Source: a bacterium
GTDB taxonomy: Bacteria > Zhuqueibacterota > Zhuqueibacteria > Residuimicrobiales > Krinioviventaceae
Length of the DNA stretch: 64,000 nt
NCBI GenBank assembly: GCA_963674595.2
Contig: CAXXFV010000003.1
Coordinates: forward strand, 1 to 64,000
Reading direction: 5' to 3'
The notes under the pieces: generated by a model
Told to the model about the DNA's origin: nothing
Database searches by the model: none
The model's input: only the letters and a program-made list of their open reading frames with translations
Part shown: positions 61,623 to 64,000 of the stretch, in pieces
Numbering within the stretch: position 1 is the stretch's first letter
How the letters are laid out: every line of letters begins with the position of its first letter
Made by a program: the position numbers and the translations under genes

Positions 61623-61903
61623 AAAAATCCTCCCGAAAAGTGTATTTTTTTAGAATATTATTTTACAAAATAATCTTTGTTGATTGATATAAAAATCCGG
61701 ATGTGTATTTAAATTTAATATGGATATTAATCTAATGCATATTCCGGATCAAAATTGCCACCCAATCCGGTGAAAGTTGCCACCTGTTCCGTTTGAAAAC
61801 TGCCACCCAATCCGGTTGAAAATTGCCACCCCAATTTTTTCGGTTTTCTTTTTCTCCAAACATTTAGACATAATTATTAATTTTCTCCATTGGACAAAAG
61901 CCG

Positions 61904-63493
61904 ATGGAGGAACATATTATGCCTATGAGGAGAATACCCATGGAAAAGATACGGGAAATCATCCGATTAAAAGAAACAGCAAATTTAAGCGACCGGGCCA
62001 TAGCTCGTGCGCTAAATATTTCCAGACCCGTTATAAAACAATATTTTGTACAAATCAAAAATGCCGGTCTAAATTATGATGCCATAAAAGACATGGATGA
62101 CGACACACTTGTAGCCCTCGTACAAGATAGAAATATATCCAACTCCCAACGATATAAAATTATATCCAGCCAATTCGATTATTTATCTAAAGAATTAAAA
62201 CGAACAGGGGTCACTCTACATCGACTATGGCAAGAGTATCTAGCTGAATATCCTGATGGGTATGGATATTCTCAATTTTGTTATCATTTCCAGCAATGGC
62301 GAAACAGCAGCGAATTGACCATGCATATTCATCACAAAGCAGGGGATAAAATGTTTGTCGACTTTACTGGTAAACATCTCGAGATTGTCGACAGACATAC
62401 CGGTGAAATTAAGGAGGTTGAAGTTTTTGTTGCCGTTCTTGGCGCCAGTCAACACACTTATGTGGAAGCCACCATCAGCCAGAAAAAGGAAGACTGGATA
62501 AAAGCAAATCAAAATGCACTTTACTATTTTGGCGGTGTTCCCAAAGCCATCGTGCCGGACTGTCTAAAGTCGGCAGTAAACATCGGAAATAAATATGAAC
62601 CTGATATCAATCCGGAGTATATAGATTTCGCCCGTCATTTTCAGACAACTATTTTACCGGCCAGACCAAACGCTCCAAAAGATAAAGCTCTTGTTGAAGG
62701 TGCCGTGAAAATCGTATATGCCTGGATATTTGCAAGTTTACGTAATCGTATATTTCATACCCTTGAAGAGCTTAATCAGGCGATTATGGAGGAACTCGAA
62801 AAATATAACTCAAAACCCATGCAAAAACTAAAAGTCTCAAGAAAAGCATTATTTGATGAGACAGAGAAGGCGGCACTCCGGGACCTGCCAAAAGAAAAAT
62901 ATACAAGACGTCGGTTTAAATGCCTGAAAGCTCAATTCAACTATCATGTTTACCTCAGTGAGGACAAACATTATTACAGTGTGCCCTATCGTTACCGTGG
63001 CAAGCAAATCACTGTAATTTATACCGATAGCATTGTCGAACTTTTTTTCAAAAACAAGAGAATTGCTTTTCATAAAAGAGACTGTTCTCCAAATCATTAT
63101 ACAACTGTAAAAGAACATATGCCGTCACATCACAGGTTTGTCAATGATTGGAGTCCGAATAGATTTATCAGTTGGGCACAAAAGTCAGGTGACCATGTAA
63201 AGCACGTCATAGAGCAGGTTTTGGCTCAAAGAAAACATCCGGAGCAAGCATATAAAGTCTGTATGGGGATACTTGGTTTAGAGAAAAAATATACCAAAGA
63301 ACGTTTGAACAATGCTTGTCGAATTGCTATTCGCTTTCAATATTATTCCTACAGAGGCATAAAAAGAATTTTAGAAAACAAAATGGACACATATCAACCC
63401 GAACAGTACAAACCATTGCCGGAGCATCAAAACGTCAGAGGACAAAAATACTATAACAGGGAGAATTACCATGATTCATCAAGCAACCTATGA
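61904..63493 (+). CDS. istA: IS21 transposase IstA
   Basis: YGYSQF, FVDFTG, VPD-x-LK, PKDKALVE, YYSVPY; real start probably 61919. Confidence 0.95.
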   Translation: MEEHIMPMRRIPMEKIREIIRLKETANLSDRAIARALNISRPVIKQYFVQIKNAGLNYDAIKDMDDDTLVALVQDRNISNSQRYKIISSQFDYLSKELKRTGVTLHRLWQEYLAEYPDGYGYSQFCYHFQQWRNSSELTMHIHHKAGDKMFVDFTGKHLEIVDRHTGEIKEVEVFVAVLGASQHTYVEATISQKKEDWIKANQNALYYFGGVPKAIVPDCLKSAVNIGNKYEPDINPEYIDFARHFQTTILPARPNAPKDKALVEGAVKIVYAWIFASLRNRIFHTLEELNQAIMEELEKYNSKPMQKLKVSRKALFDETEKAALRDLPKEKYTRRRFKCLKAQFNYHVYLSEDKHYYSVPYRYRGKQITVIYTDSIVELFFKNKRIAFHKRDCSPNHYTTVKEHMPSHHRFVNDWSPNRFISWAQKSGDHVKHVIEQVLAQRKHPEQAYKVCMGILGLEKKYTKERLNNACRIAIRFQYYSYRGIKRILENKMDTYQPEQYKPLPEHQNVRGQKYYNRENYHDSSSNL

Positions 63494-64000
63494 TAAAATG
63501 CACACCATGAAACTTTATGGCATGGCCAATGCTTTTCATGCGACTTTGCAAAAAAACTTTAACCAAAACTTTACTGCTGATGAACTGGTCGCTCATCTTG
63601 TCGATTCAGAGTGGGAAGAACGATACAACAGACGGCTCGAACGAATTTTAAAAGCTGCCAGGTTTCGTCATCAGTGTTGTTTGGAACAAATTGATTTTAA
63701 CTATAAAAGGGAATTGGATAAAAACTTGTTCCTTCGTCTTTCTAACTGCGACTGGGTACAAAAAAGTGAAAACATACTTATCACAGGACCAACCGGTATC
63801 GGTAAAAGTTTTATTGCTTGTGCTCTCGGACATCAGGCTTGCGTAAATGGTTTTACTGTTTTTTATTTCAATGCGGCCAAACTCTTTTCGAAATTGAAAT
63901 TTGCCAAGGCAGAGGGAACATATGTCAAAGAGCTGCTAAAAATTCAAAAACAAAACGTCTTGATAATTGATGATTTCGGCTTGCATCCTATCGATGAACA
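63471..64000 (+). CDS. istB: IS21 helper ATPase IstB (partial)
   Basis: GPTGIGKS Walker A, LIIDDFG Walker B. Confidence 0.93.
   Translation, partial: MIHQATYDKMHTMKLYGMANAFHATLQKNFNQNFTADELVAHLVDSEWEERYNRRLERILKAARFRHQCCLEQIDFNYKRELDKNLFLRLSNCDWVQKSENILITGPTGIGKSFIACALGHQACVNGFTVFYFNAAKLFSKLKFAKAEGTYVKELLKIQKQNVLIIDDFGLHPIDE

Larger units (their letters stand above)
61736..64000 (+). mobile_element. IS21-family element (runs off window)
   Basis: TG end with four internal TGCCACC repeats (61736-61830), then istA-istB. Confidence 0.92.

Noticed and set aside
1-64000. tRNA, rRNA or known riboswitch
   Set aside because: None recognised by eye; the cassette leader does not match riboswitch consensus sequences I know

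Overview
64 kb of a low-GC bacterial chromosome. The secreted proteins end in QN(H/Y)PNPFN C-terminal domains, which suggests an FCB-group host such as KSB1/Calditrichota (inference). There are three blocks. (1) 1-42.4 kb is a siphovirus-like prophage, nearly all on the minus strand: tape-measure start, tail chaperones with a -1 frameshift, tail tube, head-tail genes, capsid, protease/scaffold, minor head, portal, terminase large subunit, two RuvC-like genes, SSB, an Mgm101/Rad52-like annealase and a CI-like repressor. No integrase, replication initiator or terminase small subunit is visible. (2) About 23 kb of cargo sits inside the packaging module as three cassettes. They share a conserved 5' promoter/leader and a conserved 3' C-terminal domain plus hairpin. 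They carry secreted proteins: C39/C10-like, S8 and caspase-like protease heads on one shared beta-helix-TPR-CTD chassis, an LRR lipoprotein, and three tandem YWTD beta-propeller proteins. Two IS256 copies lie in this cargo. (3) 43.8-61.6 kb is a type III-D-like CRISPR-Cas locus: about 63 intact repeats with an IS3 inside one spacer, cas2, cas1 with an in-frame TGA, a stand-alone reverse transcriptase, an S-4TM (CBASS-type) membrane effector, four RAMP genes, a small HD-less Cas10 with GGDE, and cas6. An IS21 follows and runs off the window. The two best candidates for undescribed systems are the S-4TM/GGDE-Cas10/RT type III locus and the prophage-embedded, exchangeable secreted-protease cassettes. 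All calls come from motif recognition and by-eye alignment; no searches were run.
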